Virus record (IMG/VR): IMGVR_UViG_3300045988_142718
DNA length: 64,000 bases
Strand: one strand, 5' to 3'
From: a virus
In this document: in pieces, positions 63,953-64,000 of the stretch
Layout: the number at the start of each line of letters is the position of its first letter
How positions within the stretch are numbered: the stretch's first letter is position 1
Position numbers and translations under genes: made by a program
The notes under the pieces: model-generated
The model's input: only the letters and a program-made list of their open reading frames with translations
What the model was told of the DNA's origin: nothing
The model's database searches: none

Positions 63953-63962
63953 CAATAATACA

Positions 63963-64000
63963 ATGAGTTTAACATCAAGAATTCAGGATCAAAAAGATCA
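63963..64000 (+). CDS. Start of a third paralogous fibre-like gene, truncated by the window end
   Basis: The ATG at 63963 encodes MSLTSRIQDQKD..., the same N-terminal motif on the + strand. Confidence 0.4.
   Translation, partial: MSLTSRIQDQKD

Overview
The window reads as about 64 kb of an AT-rich, contractile-tailed dsDNA phage genome. Nearly all genes are on the + strand and tightly packed. No terminase, portal or capsid genes are visible, so they probably lie outside the window. All functions are assigned by eye from motifs and gene order; no searches were run.

Four blocks:
1. 1-19.5 kb: tail, baseplate and lysis genes in P2/Mu-like order. The order is sheath, tube, chaperone with a -1 frameshift, tape measure, LysM tail protein X, gpD-like hub, gpV spike, gpW/gp25, gpJ, gpI, an Amidase_3 endolysin, a long fibre with tandem Listeria-Bacteroides-type repeats, and a holin-like protein.
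2. 19.6-46.2 kb: replication, recombination and nucleotide metabolism. It encodes a DnaB-like helicase, DnaG-like primase, SF2 helicase, a MazG-like NTPase plus two thymidylate-synthase-fold paralogs, family A DNA polymerase, GroES-like protein, gp32-like SSB, RecA, a free-standing HNH endonuclease, FEN, a P-loop kinase, Mre11/Rad50-like proteins, an Hjc-like nuclease and a NusG-like factor. The polymerase and RecA genes each carry an intein with a LAGLIDADG endonuclease.
3. 46.2-62.6 kb: about 35 small ORFs of unknown function in short transcription units. Most units have a Bacteroidota-type -7 promoter box (TAnnTTTG, here TATATTTGCA) and a hairpin terminator. The block is interrupted by a 1.9 kb ORF-free, repeat-dense region at 59.1-61.1 kb.
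4. 63-64 kb: a reverse-oriented fibre-like gene cassette bounded by 15-bp direct repeats.

Most notable observations:
- The RecA intein sits in the P-loop and carries the class 3 (Ala1, Trp/Cys/Thr) signature.
- A candidate pyrimidine-modification module.
- The non-coding region with inverted composition arms, iterons and GGCC palindromes.
- Phage-encoded NusG-like and sigma-like proteins.
- The repeat-flanked fibre cassette.
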